From Schmidtea polychroa (taxonomy: Eukaryota): DNA of 64,000 nucleotides. Under the pieces are notes generated by a model, which saw only the letters and a list, made by a program, of their open reading frames with translations, did no database searches and was not told where the DNA came from. Positions within the stretch are counted from its first letter, which is position 1. Each line of letters opens with the position of its first letter. Shown here piece by piece: positions 31,650-47,300 of the stretch. The DNA lies in contig CM097885.1 of the NCBI GenBank assembly GCA_044892525.1, positions 248,682,001 through 248,746,000 on the forward strand, in the 5' to 3' direction. The translations under genes were made by a program, and so were the position numbers.

Positions 31650-33357
31650 GCCAAAACCTTAATACTTTCTTTGTTGTTATGTATTTACTATAAGATTCAA
31701 TATTTGGAATCGTGGGTATATATTTTTCAATTTAGTCTTGCATTGCAGGTCAATTAATTCCATTTGTAAGGTTTCTGAAACGGTAGAAACATCAACACCA
31801 AATGGAGAGCTGAACTTCTGAAATGCTTTCTGATAATCTACCAGTTCCGAAAAACGAGTATTAAATCCTACCATAAGTTTTTTTTATTTCGTCAGAAAAT
31901 TTAGAAAAATTCTTAATATTTATTTTTTTCAATAATGAAAAATGTGGTGCATTGTTATTGTTAAATTGGCCTTCGAAAAACAATAAATTCATTTGGAATG
32001 CAAGCATCGGTAATTAAATTATTCTGACCCTACAAGTCTTTATTTAGCTCACTCATTTTTTGTGTAATATCTACAAAAAAACACAAGTCTATCAACCACT
32101 CTTCAGTTTTTAATTCTGGAACAGGCACATTTTCTTCGGTCATAAAATTTGCGATTTCTTCCCGTAACTCAAAAAATCGTCTTAAACATATTCTCGACTC
32201 AACCATGTAACATTGGTAAAATACATGATAAATACAGAATTTAATTCACTAAGGTGTGCCTTAAATTGGCGATGTTGAACGGCATGCGATCGAAAATATT
32301 TGACTGTTTTTATAACAACAGTCAATTCTTGGCTCATAGATAATACTTGAGCGCATAAATTTTGTTGGTGTATCAAACAATGTATCACATATGTATCACT
32401 GGTTTTGTTGGTTTTTGCTTCGAACTCAGTGATAATCAAATTTACAGCTCCTTTATTCTTCCCAATTATAGCCGGCACACCATCTGTTTTTAATTCGGAA
32501 AGCATTTCTAAATGACTTGGAAAATATCTTCAGCTTTGGTAGTATTTTTCAAGCTTATGAGATTTAACAATTCTTGTGTAACTTATAACGATTCGGTAAT
32601 ACCACGGATAAATGTAGCAAACTGTGAAGTTTCTGAAATATCTTTGTTTTCATCGAAAGGTAAAAAATACGCTTTGAAGTATTTAATATTACTACGCAAA
32701 TTCCCAACTATTAATTAACAATACGACAGAATAACTTCCTTTGACGATATTGGATGATTGTTGTAATGATGAATTGAACATACTTTGTTAAGCTTTTAAT
32801 TGAGATTTTTTAATTTTAAGCTTATATTTCTCCATTTTCAGATAGTTAATATGCTTAGTTTCATGATGTCTTTTAACATTGAAAAAAAAGCCGCATTATG
32901 AAGAGTATTATGAAGAGAAGAAATAATCTTCCTTCAAGCGGTCATAGAATTTCATTTCACCTTTTCATCTACAAGTTTTCTTTTCTTTGAATTCATTCTT
33001 AACGGCAAGAAAATAAATGTACTAATTAAGTATTTATATAAACAGATGCATCTTCCATTGTGCTTAAAATATTTTGCTTGAAACACTAGTCTTATTTAAA
33101 TATTTATTGTAGAACACTACACCTACATGTCGAAACAAATCAAAAAGCAATGAAACACAAGTTTAACCTCACATACACTAGTATGCCGTAATGAAACGCT
33201 GTGGCGCTACAGCAGTTGACATGAAGTGACCCGTAGCGGTGTTACAAGTTTAAATCTTTTTCAGATATCTTGACTTTACTTAATACTCGTACTTAAAAAA
33301 ACATTATAATAACATAATTCATTATATGAAGCTGCGAGCCCGGGTTGGCCACTCCTG
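31650..33357 (-). mobile_element. Decayed hAT (SPIN/Buster-like) transposon
   Basis: ORF fragments 32182-32505 (TDGVPAIIG, HCLIHQQNLC, HRQFK, TWLSR) and 31677-31874 (LQMELIDLQC). Terminus TTGGCCACTCCTG at 33345-33357. Confidence 0.8.
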
Positions 33358-36300
33358 ATCTAAACCAAATAATGAACAAACTAAATAATTACATACGCAT
33401 ACCACAAGGCTACACATAGCTACAAGATATTCAAAAATCGACTTAAACGACTTCTACAATTTATATAAATTTTAAAAGTAAAAAATCCGGACACTACGGA
33501 ATACGTAAGAATCCTTGATATCCCGATCAGACTAAAGCGAAATTGGTTTATGATTCATAAAAGTTAATCAAAGAAAACATGCCTAATAAAGTTAATTTAA
33601 AAATTCCGATAAAATTTTTCGACAGAATAAATTGCTGAACTTTAAAAAATTATATTAATACAAAAAGGATTTTGGTAAAAGATATTGTTAGTACTCTAAT
33701 TACCAATGTAATTTAATGCAAGAAAAATAACAAAATTGTCGGCACTACGCCTACTTTTTATATCGTCGCTGCTAGTAAATTAAACAAAATTTTAGCCTGG
33801 TCAGTATTATACGAAGTTTTACCTATGAGAATTGTGGCAATCATCACTTTGTCAAGTACACGATGATAAGGGCACATGTTCACATGAATTGCATGACAAA
33901 ATGATCTCGATTTTTGTTATCGCATTTAACATCTTCCAAATGCGTGGATTCTGTGGCTTCAGGAGTTGTAAACAAAATCAGTTCATAACCACCCAATTAA
34001 GCCGCAACGATTGTGTGATTGTTTAGTTTTCTGTTTTAAAAGCATTGAATTAACAAATGTTTGTCCCATTTTGAATAATAATTCTTTCAAACACCATTTT
34101 CTTTGTATTCACGTTTGCGACTTGTACATAATTACAAATAAACTGCGGTCTTCTAGTCTTATTTTATTAACCCTCAATACATTATTACGATCCACACCTC
34201 CTTTTGTCGCATTGAAATCATAAATCGGAATGGGTTTCTTGGTTTCTTAGGAATTGTAAATGGAATTTGTATGGTTCTCCATAGTAAATAAAATAACCTT
34301 TCTGTTTTATGCGGTGCATATGTAACAAATATTACTTTCAACTCTTTGGCAAGACCGAAAAAAATTGACCATCAAAGCTACGTCGCCCATCGATTGAATA
34401 TAATTAATAACGGATTTACTTGCCAAGTATAATCGAAGAAGTGCTAGGGATGTGCATTTGCCGTCTAATTTAGAACCGGCGTCCGTTTAAAGGACAATAA
34501 TTGGGCACTGCAGTTCACTCTGTCCTACCTTTGAACTCCTGAGTCCATTGCGGCATCCAATAGTCTCTATACGATTGCCTCAATTCCAGGCCTCTGTTTT
34601 GGCTTCCATCCATTTCCGTCAGTTGATTGCCACTCAATAAGACCTCGCCCGCTCCTGAAAACTCCTAGAGCATTCTCGACCATCATTTAATGTTTTACGC
34701 CATTCTATATAAGAAAAAAAGTATTGTTACCGCAGAACCTCAGCATTCGTTTCACATAACGCATCTCTGACATAACCATGTTCGGCAGCATGTCAATTAA
34801 GTGGTTATGGCTAGGGTGAACTCATTGGTAGTTCCTTACTTATATTTTGAGTGTATTTTTTGTGTATGTGATTACTTTCATGAAATTCTTTTATATCTGC
34901 ATTATTTTATTTTACCTTTTTCTTATTTTTATCAATTTTTCATTTTAAATAGTCTATTTTCGAAAATTTTAATTCTCATGACTTCATGTCGGATTTCGCG
35001 AGTTTAATCATTTTCATTAAGTTTAATTCATTAAAATTAAATATTTGTACTTTTTATTTTATTTTTATTTATTTTCTTAATTAAATTTTTGTTCTATTTT
35101 CATTAAATCCCTGGAGTTTTCCAATTTGTTTTAATTTTGTTATTTTATGTTCAATTTCATGATAAAACGTCTTAGATCTATTGTTATATTTACTTAAATT
35201 TTACGGGAATTTATTTCCATCATCATTTGATGTTTTGTGTTTGCTGGGTTTGGCCAACTTTAAGTCGTGATAATAATAAGTATGATATTAAGTATGATAA
35301 TAGGCAATAATCGCCACCCCTAGGGCTATGCACAGTTACACGCCTTGCATCTGTAAATAATTTTTACCAAACACTTAGTTGGGCCTAGTCGGTGCTAGTT
35401 CACAAAGATTTATTGACATGATAAACACCACCATTATTGGATATCATCTTTCATGTGGAGTTAGGCATTCTAACTGAAATTTCCACGGTTAAAACATGTT
35501 AATTAAATACATATTTTAAATGTAATATTCTTCACCTGGCTGGGACTCGTCCTGAATTCGATTAATTGGCGCTGCAGATGAAAGTGACATTTTGGATATA
35601 ACTTTCATAAAAATGACTATTTCCTACACGGCCATTGACTTATATGCGGTGTGGATGTATTCCCGTGTGAGTCGAATTCTTCTTCACGGTACATGCAAAT
35701 AACAAGTCTTTCTGTTCTCCTCTGTCTACTAGGATCATAAGGCGTGCAAATTGATCCAGAGGAGTGTGTCGGGGACACTTTCCACGCTCCATTTCGCCTT
35801 GTCTAAATGTTCTTACATGGTATTCGTTCTTAAACAACGGCGAGATTGTGCAACTATCATGTTGAATAACTTCATAATTCAATGAAAGTTGGTTTCACAA
35901 TTCTATGGCAAAGTCGTCAAACGATTTCTATCGTATTTAACTTGTCGTTGAACCAATGCAAATGGTGACCACGTCATAATCTATTTTCGCTACATAATCG
36001 TTAGAACTCTGTTTTGAAACATCATCAATAGATTGGAATCTGTCGGCTGCGTATAATATGCTTATAATTCCAAATCCTAATATAACCTGTGGTATTCTAA
36101 ATGCTGTCCGATGTGGCGCAGTGGATTAATATAATATATTTTTTAAATCTTATCCTTTTTATTTAAAAGTCAAAAAATGTAGCTCTTATTAAATGCCAAA
36201 AACTTCATTTTGTCGACTTATCGAATTTACTCCACCAATGATGATGTGGTTTATTGTATTAATACGGTGGTAGCTTATTATTATGCATACTTTTGTTAAT

Positions 36301-38372
36301 GGTGGCTCGGATTTTTAAATGAATATAGGTGTGTCTGTCGGTACAATCGCTTGGTGCTCGTTGGTACTATCTTTTCTCAATTTTACTTTGAGTTAAAATG
36401 TTATATTTTTTCCTACCAACCGCCTTTACCACAGTTTTACGAAGTAAATTAAGTGCCTCAAAGTGGTCAGCTCCTGTTCAGTTTTCTCATTACTGAATGT
36501 TATACTATGCCTCGAAAATATTTTACAGGTCAGTGCCCTTGTTCCCCTTTCCGTCAATATTCCTCTTTTCGCCTTGATTTCTCAGTTTTAACAATATTTT
36601 ATAAAACTTCTTGTCTCGATTGGAACAACTCTTAAACCACTTTGACTAGAAATACATTCTGACTCCCAGCTTTATTTATTTTATATTCAACCTCCTCATA
36701 ATAATCGTTTCTATTGAGAATATCATGACGAAATTTGCGCCATTATTTTCATGTTTGATTTAAAGCTATTTTAGGTTCTTGATAACCATCGACATTATTT
36801 TGATGTATCCATATTTTTGTGCTGGGATACCCCTTATTTTCAATTTTTATATGAGCAACCTTACCTGGTCATTACTCAAAGTTATTCGTTAAAATTTTGG
36901 AGCAGTGATCTCTCTTATTTTTAAATTTTGGAAATATATTTCTAAGTTTCAATGTTTCCTATTAAATTTGGAGTAGTGCCCTTATTTTCATTAATCAACC
37001 TCTTTAATGATTATAAGGATTCTCATCCGTTACAACATTAATATCTGTTTGAAAATCACTAAATAATTCCATAAATTTTATTTAAGAAATTATACACTCA
37101 AAAACTTGTCTTTCTTTTTGTTTGTTATTTAAACAAATTTCAATCTTTTTTCGATAAAAATATTTTTTAAAAATTCTAAATTTCAATCTTCTTTTTAAAA
37201 TATTTTTCAATAAAAATATTTTTAAAATTTAACAAAATTTCTAATTAAATCTTTAACAATCTTTCAACTTCCTCATAATGATCATTAATAATAAAAATAT
37301 TTTTGACCAGAGATCTTAAGTGTTAATATATTCGCCTAAAGTTTATCATGACGGGTAATTGTTCTGTGATTAGTGTAATCATGTTGAGTCAATTAGCTCA
37401 GAAAAGTTTGGTCTACTTAAAATTTCAGAATTTAGTTGTGACTGAAATGCGCCGTTAGTTAGTCTGACTTTTGTGTGCGAGTATGTGTGCGTTCACTGAT
37501 TCAGTAAAAACAAATTTAATTTAATTTTGATGTCAATTTTTTATAAATTTATTTCATTATCAGATTCTTGTTTTTTTATTAATTTTGCCGCCATGATGAG
37601 TATGGCCATTTCTAGAACATTATATTTTTTTATTATACAATTCCTATTTATTTTAATCCTTACGTTATTTTATTTTAGGTTTTGGAAATTTAAATTCTAA
37701 ATTTTTATCTATTACTTAACTTCAACCAACTTTTGGTGGCGATGGTGGATTTCACCATTTTCATAGAATATTCCAGCATCTCTTATTTCAATTAAAATTT
37801 TAACTTCTAATTCATTTATTTTGTTATTTTATGGAAATATTTTCCATTTCCATTCCTACTTTCTGTCATCGCCATTAACTCGAATTTGTTTATTTTCTGT
37901 TATTTATCTATGCGATGTTTGAGTTTGTTTCGTGCAATACTTCAAGGTGTTGTTTTTTTATTTTTGTGGTTTATAATTTTGTTGATATGAACGTTCTTTT
38001 AATATTGTTTACTTGATGTTTTACGTTTTTATTTTAACTTTACTCAGTGTTGTGTCTCAATGCTATTTACCTATTTGGTCTTTGCATACTGCTAGGTGGG
38101 CCTAAACACATTATTTACCCATCACTCTTTAAAAATGGAATTTTTATTTATAATTCATGAAACGCTATATTTTTCTTATCGAATATAGAGACGCAATTTT
38201 ATATCACAACATAAACCTGAAAATTGGGGAGGTTTATTAAATAATATCTTACCATCTACATAATTGATGACAAACAATAGAAAAATTAAATCACCAAATA
38301 TTAAAAGGCAATATTTAAAAAGTTAGATGTCATAATAAAATCAAATTCATTGAATGAATAAATATTACTATT

Positions 38373-41300
38373 TTATATTAACTCAAATTCTTCAGCTGAA
38401 TCATCAGTACCTAAAGATAAAACAAATTTTACATAAAAAATAGAATTCGAATTTTACCGACAACAAAAAAATACAACAATACTTCCCGGCTATGAGATTT
38501 CGAAAACAATTTTCGGCAAATATATATTAAACGTTAAATATAGAAAATGTTGAAAAAAATATCTTGTCTATGTCTAGCATAAAATTTAGACATTTGGTAT
38601 CTATATTTCGGGATGAAAATTCGCGTTTATATTATATAAACACATTACAGTTATATTACTATGTTATATCCATCTCAGGCACGCTCGGATTATAGAGACT
38701 GCATTATTGCAATTGAATATCAAAAAATAGGAGTCGTATTCAATGAAATTTAATGCTATTCTTAAATTCGAAAACACCAGATACACTTGGTCCAAGTATG
38801 GTCAATAAATAAGCAACGAAGAAAGTATAACTTTGGGTAAATTGAGAATAGAGGAACTACTGAAATTGGTTCAACTCATCAAGTTCATTTCATCGAGTAT
38901 CGGAAAATCAATACCGTAAATAGGAATCAGAAAAACAAGAATAAATCAATTACTATAGATAAACAGTAGAATTCTCTGTAAATATCGTATCTCCTCCCGG
39001 ATAATCTGTTATTTGTCAAAAATTCTCAATGAAATGTATTGTGAACAAAATTTCCAAAACGTCCAATACATTCTATACAAAGATGTGGAATTCGATCATC
39101 CAATAGAAACTGCTCAAATCTACTTGGTCTGCTTTTGAAGAAATTGATAAAACCAATAATGATCAATAAATGTTACCAATAAGTCTTATGTTTCTCTCTC
39201 CTGCTAACTAATAAATTGCTGAATAGCTTGGAAAATGAAAGGCAACATATATCTCAAGACTTCAATAAATTAAGTTGCATCTAAAATTAGTGGTTAGCCT
39301 CAAAAGGTTAAAGGATTATTTAACATGATTTGAATATATTAGTGTTGGGTTTTAGATTAATTCAAGTCGGTTCTCTCTGACTCCTAGTGTTCTTTAAATC
39401 AAAACAATGAACGACCCAACGTATATTGAAACAACAGGTTCACAATTCATTATCACCACTTTACAATTACTAATCAAAGTTTTTAAGCTAGGCGTTGATG
39501 CTCTGCAAACAAATAATATTCACCTTTTATTCCTTCCAATTCTCTTGCCCCACGTTTTCCTCGGTTTCTGTTTGATTTGATTCCTTTTTCACCTTTCCGT
39601 ATTCCTAATTCTATTTCTTCTTTTCCATACTTTCCCTAATTCGTTTCCGTCTTTTCCTACGCTCTGATTCTTCGAACCTTAGCTGAGGCCGATTTTCTCT
39701 GATTTTCCCTTTCCTTATATACTCGTCGAAATCAGGATGACAAATGGTTATTGCCGAGCCAATCTTTCGTTTGACATTTGCTCCTACGTATTTGCTTCGG
39801 CTGTCACCCATAATGGTCCAACGAATCCAGATAATTAATGGCCCTACCGGTCTTCCTACGTGCGCTATCTTCTCCTTACTCTTTTCCCATTAATCATTGT
39901 GTCAAGCTAATGGGCCCAAATCTTCCTTCTGTTTGCTTTTCTTCTTGTTTACCCAGCTCGGGTTTCCTTTATCTCTCGGGTTCTCCATTGGCTCGGGTTT
40001 TCCATTAGCCAATTAATTATTTAATTAACGTTTTCTGTTTTCATACATTTGAATGTTTTTCGACCCTTCCTAACCATTTTCTGATAAATCCCTAATCATC
40101 ATCTTGTTGACCATTAGCTAATCTATACCTGTCCCGTTTTTCCCATTCGATTTCGATGATTTTTCTCGGATTTCCGGATTCTTGCCTTTCGTAATTGCTT
40201 TTGGCATTTTCTAATACTGTTTCCATCACACTTTCATTACTATTGATTCTGTGCGCGATCCCGCTTTTATTTGTCTTTTTTCTTCGCTTACTTTCTATTT
40301 GAATTATTATCCTAAATTTTATTTAAATTTTAATTTTAATTTACAGACCTCAACATTAGTATGCTTAACTTACTTTGAAATGAACTAACAATATATTCAA
40401 TAGAAAGCTCATTAATGCACAAATCCACATGTTAAACTGTGAAAAAAATTCGATGAAATTTTTTACACGCAATTTAATGCTATGTAAAAAAATGCAAAAT
40501 TTTCAAAAATGAACTTCTTTATTATCTCTTCAATGTGTTTTTATTTAAATTGCACATTTTTGGTTTTTTGTCTTCCTACTCACCAGTCATTTTTGACAAT
40601 TCCAACACCGAACTAACCAGTAATTAAATGAAGTATGAATTTAAATTAAATTGTATTTAAGTGCATAATTTGTGATTGATTACCTTGTTTCTTGTAGATT
40701 GTCATAAAATAGCAACTTTCGGTATGACGAAAGCTGAACTCATTAACAATCAGGGTACACCCACCAGATCAGGTATCAAAGCTTTCATGCAATCCTTAAC
40801 TGCTGGAGCAGATATTTCTATGACCGGTCAATTTGTTGTCGCTTTCAATAAATATATTGTACGAATTAGTTTTATGTTCCTACATGAGCTACAAAAACAT
40901 TTCGATGATTGTTATTTTTGTTGAGTTCATTTTTCTCTTAGTGTTATTAGAACTAGAAATATATGACATAGCAAAATGTTCTATCAGCTTCTAGTCCAAT
41001 ACCAAACATATTCTATTCAAGTACTCAAGAAACCTGATTACTTACTTTAAGAATTAAATACAGACACTCAAGACGCAGATGGTGACCTATACATTGTACA
41101 CAAGGATAATGACTTTCTTCCATCATCATAAGATTTAAATGATAACAGATCTCAATTGTTTTCACAACCCATAATAATTGATTTGGTTCGAGAACTGAAG
41201 CTGAATTAAGGCGAGAGGGAACTCCTAAGTCCAAGATAAAAAGATAAAAACTTCTTTCAAAACTATATTAGAATATTATTTTATCGTAACCGCTTAGAAA

Positions 41301-44300
41301 ATGTTATGCTGTTTCATTAGTCTTTGATGATGGACTAAAGAATGATGTTACTTGTTTCACCGAACAAGATCATATTCCCACTTTTACATAGAAAATTTTT
41401 CAAAGCGAGTTCTACAAAATTAACAAAAGCTTTTTGACTGCTATATATATTTACACTTATGATAGCAAAAAGAGAAAAATTAACGCAGCAAAAATAACAA
41501 TCATTGAATAGATTTAGTGGCATATGCAAATTCATAGGAATACTAAATGGCATGTTTAAATCAGTATTTAACCAATTACTTAGTCGCGAAGAACAGCTAG
41601 TGCAACAATATTGTGAAACCTAAATACCCGCATCTACTTTTGTAAAATAAGCAGGTCACAGCTTTCGAATATGTTTATTAAATGTATGTTGCTTCTGGTT
41701 CGAAGAATACTCACAACATATATCACAATAGTCGTTTCTATTATTTATAAGTTGCAAAGAGAAAGAAGCCATTTTATGGCAATCTACAAGTGTTCTTTTC
41801 AGTTAATATAAGTCTGTTACCTCTGACTTCTCGTGTCCTTTTAATCAAAACAATAAACGACCCAACGTATATTTGAATCAAAAATATATTTTCTCTTAAC
41901 AATGCACAATCAATAATCAATAGTTCAACAGTTCGAGTTTGACCGATTCTCCACTCGGTGTTGATAATATTCACTTTTTATTTGATCCTTTTTCACCTTT
42001 TCGTATTCTTATTCTATATCTTCTTTTTCCTTAATCTCCTTAATTCGTTTTTACCTGTTCCTAAACTCGATTTCTTCTAACCCTAGCTGAGGCAAAATGA
42101 CCATTTGCTCTGATTTGCCCATTCCTTATATACTCTTCGAAATCTGGATGACAAGTGGTTATTGCCGAGCCAATCTCTCACTTGACATTCGAATCCACAT
42201 ATTCGCTTCGGCTGTCACCCATAATGGTCCAACGAACCAAGATAATTAATGGCCCTTCCGGCTTTTCTCCACGCACTATCTTCTCCTTGTTCTTTTCCAA
42301 ATAATTATTGTGTCACGTTAATGGGTCCAAATCTTCCTTCTATTTACTTTCCTCTTTGTTTACCCAGCTCGGGTTTTCTTCATCTCTCGGGTTCTCCATT
42401 GACTCGGGTTTCCCATTAGCTCTAAATTTTAAAAATGTATCTTTCAATAAAGATAAATCGATTTCCAGATAATTTTAAAATAATTTCATTTTGTCAATTA
42501 AAATTAAAGATTATTAGCAAAAATTCAAATCAATAACATAAATTCATTTAAAACAATATTCTAACATCATAATAGTGTATTTAAAAGGAAATCTTTAGTG
42601 AAATTGAATAAATTATGTATCGTTCGAGTGTGAGAAAAGTTGACTTTTGAATAACTTTGGAAGAAAAATGCCTTGTTATCAATTAAAAATATACTACCTC
42701 CTTTCCACAATAGTTGTCACATTTGGATACTTTTGGTATGATTATTGAAAGTGTATGCTATTTGAGTAATTTTCATAAAGATTTGCTAAATTTGTACTGT
42801 ATTAATTATTTTCTAAAAGTGCAAATTTAAGAAAAAAAATTATTTAGTTAAAAAATTAAATTAATTATTACTCACAACAATGTACTTTTTTTTTGTTCTA
42901 CATTATTTGTCACATTTCGTCTTACAGTGTGAATATGCCCTGTTTAAAATTTGTGCGCGCTAAAACGCGCATGCTTAGAAGTAACACTGAGTGTGATCCG
43001 TCAAATGTCAAGTTTTTGACAATAAATTCGTGGTTACTGTTAAGATTAGCTCCCTTTTGTGTTACTCGTATTTTTTAAGTTTTTTAAACCCCTTTTACTA
43101 AAGATGGATGAAAATCGAACACACAAGGAACTAAATAAAAATCAGCGTGAGAGTATTCAATTTTTATTAATGCGTTACAAAGATAACAAACTCAATCATG
43201 GAGCAATAAATGAAGCAGCAGCAAACTTTAAGCTGCATCGTAGAACAATATCTCGTTTGTGGAAGCGAGCACAGGAATCTAAAGAAAACGGAAATGAAGT
43301 TTTCAATATGGAATCCAGAAAGCGTGGACGTTGTGAACCAAAAAAGCAATTAGAAAAAATTAAAGATATTCCTTTAAATCATAGAACACTAAGAAGAAGC
43401 TTATCAAATGCAGTAAATGTACCAAGAAGGACTTTGCATAGAATTTTAAAGAAAGGGAATGTATTTAAGCGTGTTTCATCTTCTATTAAATCAAGCTTAA
43501 CTGACTTTAACAAAATCGAAAGAGCTCAATTTTGTTTACATGCTCAACCTAATGGTTTTTTTCTGTAATGATGGATGTTTACATACAGCAAGACAATGCC
43601 AAGCCTCATTTAACAAATAATGATTCTGCTTTACAAGAAGAACTTGTAAAAGAAGTTTGGAGTCTGCAATTGAAACCTCAACCTCAGAATAGTCCAGACC
43701 TAAATGTTTTGTATCTTGGGTTTTTAATCCAATACAAGCATTGCAACATCAGATGGTCACTAAAAATATTGATGATTTAATTAGTGCAGTAGAAACAGCT
43801 TTCCAACAATTTCCAACAAGTGCATTCTTAACACTATAAACATTGTATGGAAAATATCATGATATCAAACGGAAACAACTTTTAAAAGATTACTCGTATA
43901 AAGAAAATAAAGAAAAACTTCGAAGAGAAAGTCAACTCCTCATAAATTTAAAATGTAATGCCGAAGCCGTGGAGAATACAAAAATTTTAAATATTGAATA
44001 ACTGAAATAAATGTTACTACTTTAAAATTAATAAAGAACTTATTTCTGACTCGCAAGTGCCCACGCTTGTTAGAAAGCCTTGAGTAACCCTTTTCAACAA
44101 GCTATTACCTTTGAAAATCGGTCTAACGCAAGCGAAGCTATAGCTATAAAAGTTTGATCAAATCTGACAAGTATTATGGAACAAACTTTATGCATTAAAT
44201 TTGACAACTATTGTGGAACGGAGGTAGTATAAAATTATGGTAAAATTTCATTATGTCAAGTAATTATGTAATGAATTTTGGACAGATTTAGTAAATTTTA

Positions 44301-47300
44301 TATCTAACAAGATATCTATTTATATCTATTTGGTATTTGTATTAATAATTTTGGGATGAAAATAAAAATGAGATGATACAAAGATTTCGATTTTTCTTTT
44401 CAATGAGATAAGAAAACTTTCATACATTCAAAAAAAATCTTAAATCAAATCTAATAACTTTAAAAGAATTGCATTAATTGATAAAAATCAAAATAAATTA
44501 TATAATAAAAATAAAATTTACCATTTATTGATATGTTACAGTTGCATATCGGGGGAAAATAATATGGTCTTTTCTGATGAATTTCAAACATTGGATAACT
44601 TCCTGCGGGTATTAATATTTTCCTTTTTAATTGTTCACATAGTGTGATTAGTGAATCTTCACTGGTACAAACAAAACCTATCGCTAAACTTGGATCAACT
44701 TTAAGAATAGGCATTTTACACCATTTTGTGCAATGATATGATTCATCATCTAGCACTTCATACATGCCTTTCAGAGGAACGACAGGTTGTGATTCATGAG
44801 GATCTAGATAAATTACATCATCTCCTACTTGACCAATGAACCACAATGCATGACTTGGTCGACCACCAATAATACCAACACACTGAGGTAATTGAAAGAC
44901 ATCCTGCATTTACTTTATTGACCATAGTGGACAAAAACTCAAATAAACCTTTAAAGCTGAAACATAACATTCATTCAGCTCAGTTAAACCTAAGCGAACA
45001 GGGATAATTAGTAACAAAGGACGCCACAGTGATCTGGAAGAAGTGGTAGGATTATCCATTTTATTTGTTTGAGCAATAGGAGGTATCATAATTTCAACAC
45101 AATTTTCATCTATTTCTTTACTAATTGCTTGTATTTTACTGAATTAAAAATATAAAGGTATTATTTGAATTTAGTAATTTTAAATTTTAAATAATCTTTT
45201 ATTTTTAAAATTCAATTTTCTCGTTTTTGTTTTAATCTACTTGATTAATTTACCGATATTGAATTCTATCAAAATATTTATAATAAGAATAATTATCAAA
45301 TTCGACAGCACTTCCTAACTTAAAGAAATCTCAAATTTTTTATCAGTTAACTGAAGTTTGGATATAAAATAAAATTATGCAAAGAACCACAACAATTTTC
45401 TGGAAGACGATTTTGTAAATAAAATATTTCAAGAAATATCGAATATCGGTTAGCAAAATTATGTCAAATTCAGAAATTGAGCAGTTTCTGATGAACTGAT
45501 TGAAAAAGCAATTGCTGTTAATATAATGAATATAAATATTTACAAGCTAATCAAGTAATTGTATGGAAGCACATAACAAATACTGTCGATGTTTAAACAA
45601 TAAATCACTCGAAAATTTAAAAGTTTATGGTAGTTATAGGAAATGTGTTAATATGTATAATTAGGAGAGTATTGTCAGACGCCTTATTACGTTCGCGCTA
45701 GAATAATTGATAGTAAATTGAAAAATCCTAAATTGAAATTTCCCCAAATAATAATAAAGTTGTGTAGGTCTAAACTAAATTAAATTTATATTGCGAAAAA
45801 AACCACAAATGGTACAAATGAATGAATAAAATCCTTAGAAATTTCATTTTTGCAAAAATTACTTATTATATAATTTCACGATTTCATTGGTTGATTTGAA
45901 AGTCATTTTATTTTAATGTTATAATATATATATATATATATACCGTTACAAATATGTGATGCCTGGAGCATTGAAAAGCCAAAACTCAATAATAACGCTA
46001 TTTATTTAGATTTTGATAAATTCTACACTTTGTGGTGCACCGGATTTTTGGTTTATGATCCATGTATTATTTTTCTTAATCTTTTGCTCATGACATTTCA
46101 ACATACAGCTGGCCATATAGGAAGCATTTGTCTGCAAATCTAATATTATAAGTCAGGCCTGAGCAAACCTTTTAGGTGAAGGACAAAATTAGGAATATAA
46201 AATGATAAGCAAATGGCGAGTAAAATACTATTTTTAGACTAACATTATTTATTACCACAAATGTTTGATCGTAGGATTATCCAAAAATTACCAAATTTTT
46301 CTAACAAAAAAATCATTAAGTTGTTAAAATTGATTCTAATTAAGAATATTGTAAAATTCGCAGATTTCTTTTCGTGGTTCAATAACCTTAAATCAGTATC
46401 ACACTACAGATCCATAATATCTAATCGCGTCTATTTGTTTCAATTTTTGGAAGTCTCCAAATCTTCGAGAAAAAACGTCACTCAGAGTCCTAATAATTGC
46501 ACAATATCCTTCCTATTTATATCCTGGTATCTTCCTCAACTACCTTTTTAATCAATAAATGTTGAAGAATCAACTTAAGTTTCAATTGAAATCCATTCAA
46601 AGTTTTCATCTTATTTTCTTTGTAACACGATGTTGGAAGTATTTAAGTGTGTCACGATGCCCAGAGTAAATGCAAAATCACAAAGTCAGTTATCAGTTTA
46701 TTCGGAAATGTCCATAATATTTTTCATTTCAAAAAAGAGAATAATATTTTCATTTAGATCCCATACTAGTAGAAGTACTTTTTCCAAGTTAAGACATTGA
46801 ATTTGACTATAATAAGAAATGTCTGTAAAATCTTTAGGTAAACTATATTTCGGGCCCTTTGTATTTAATTTGCGAGTTCAATAATACACGATATAACATG
46901 TTCAGCTTTTAATATATTTTTACACAATATTTGTTGATGTATAATATAATGAAATTGTAATCAGTATAATTTTCGCACATTATATCCTAAATTTTATTTA
47001 TTCCATCCTTTCACATCCTCTCACTCTCACATTGGTTCGGTCCAGCTCACGCGCAATTTCGAATTCTGATCAAAACCAATGATGAAAAAACAATTAACAA
47101 GTAGACCATATATTAAATACGCATATTCAAATTTTATTTTAAAAAGTTAAAATGTAGAAAAAAGTAAACTTTTATCAGAAATACGACTAAAGCTTGCGGA
47201 GTGTAGTGTGCCTCGGTCTGACCTAATCACTGCTTCTGATTTTCAAATTCGGTAGTAATGATCTAGTTGCTTTCCTTTCCATAACTTCTGAAACTCGATA

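Noticed and set aside
33830-36100. GC-richer segments with short ORFs as a gene or Penelope-like element
   Set aside because: No recognisable motif in a consistent frame; probably decayed repeats that cannot be classified by eye.
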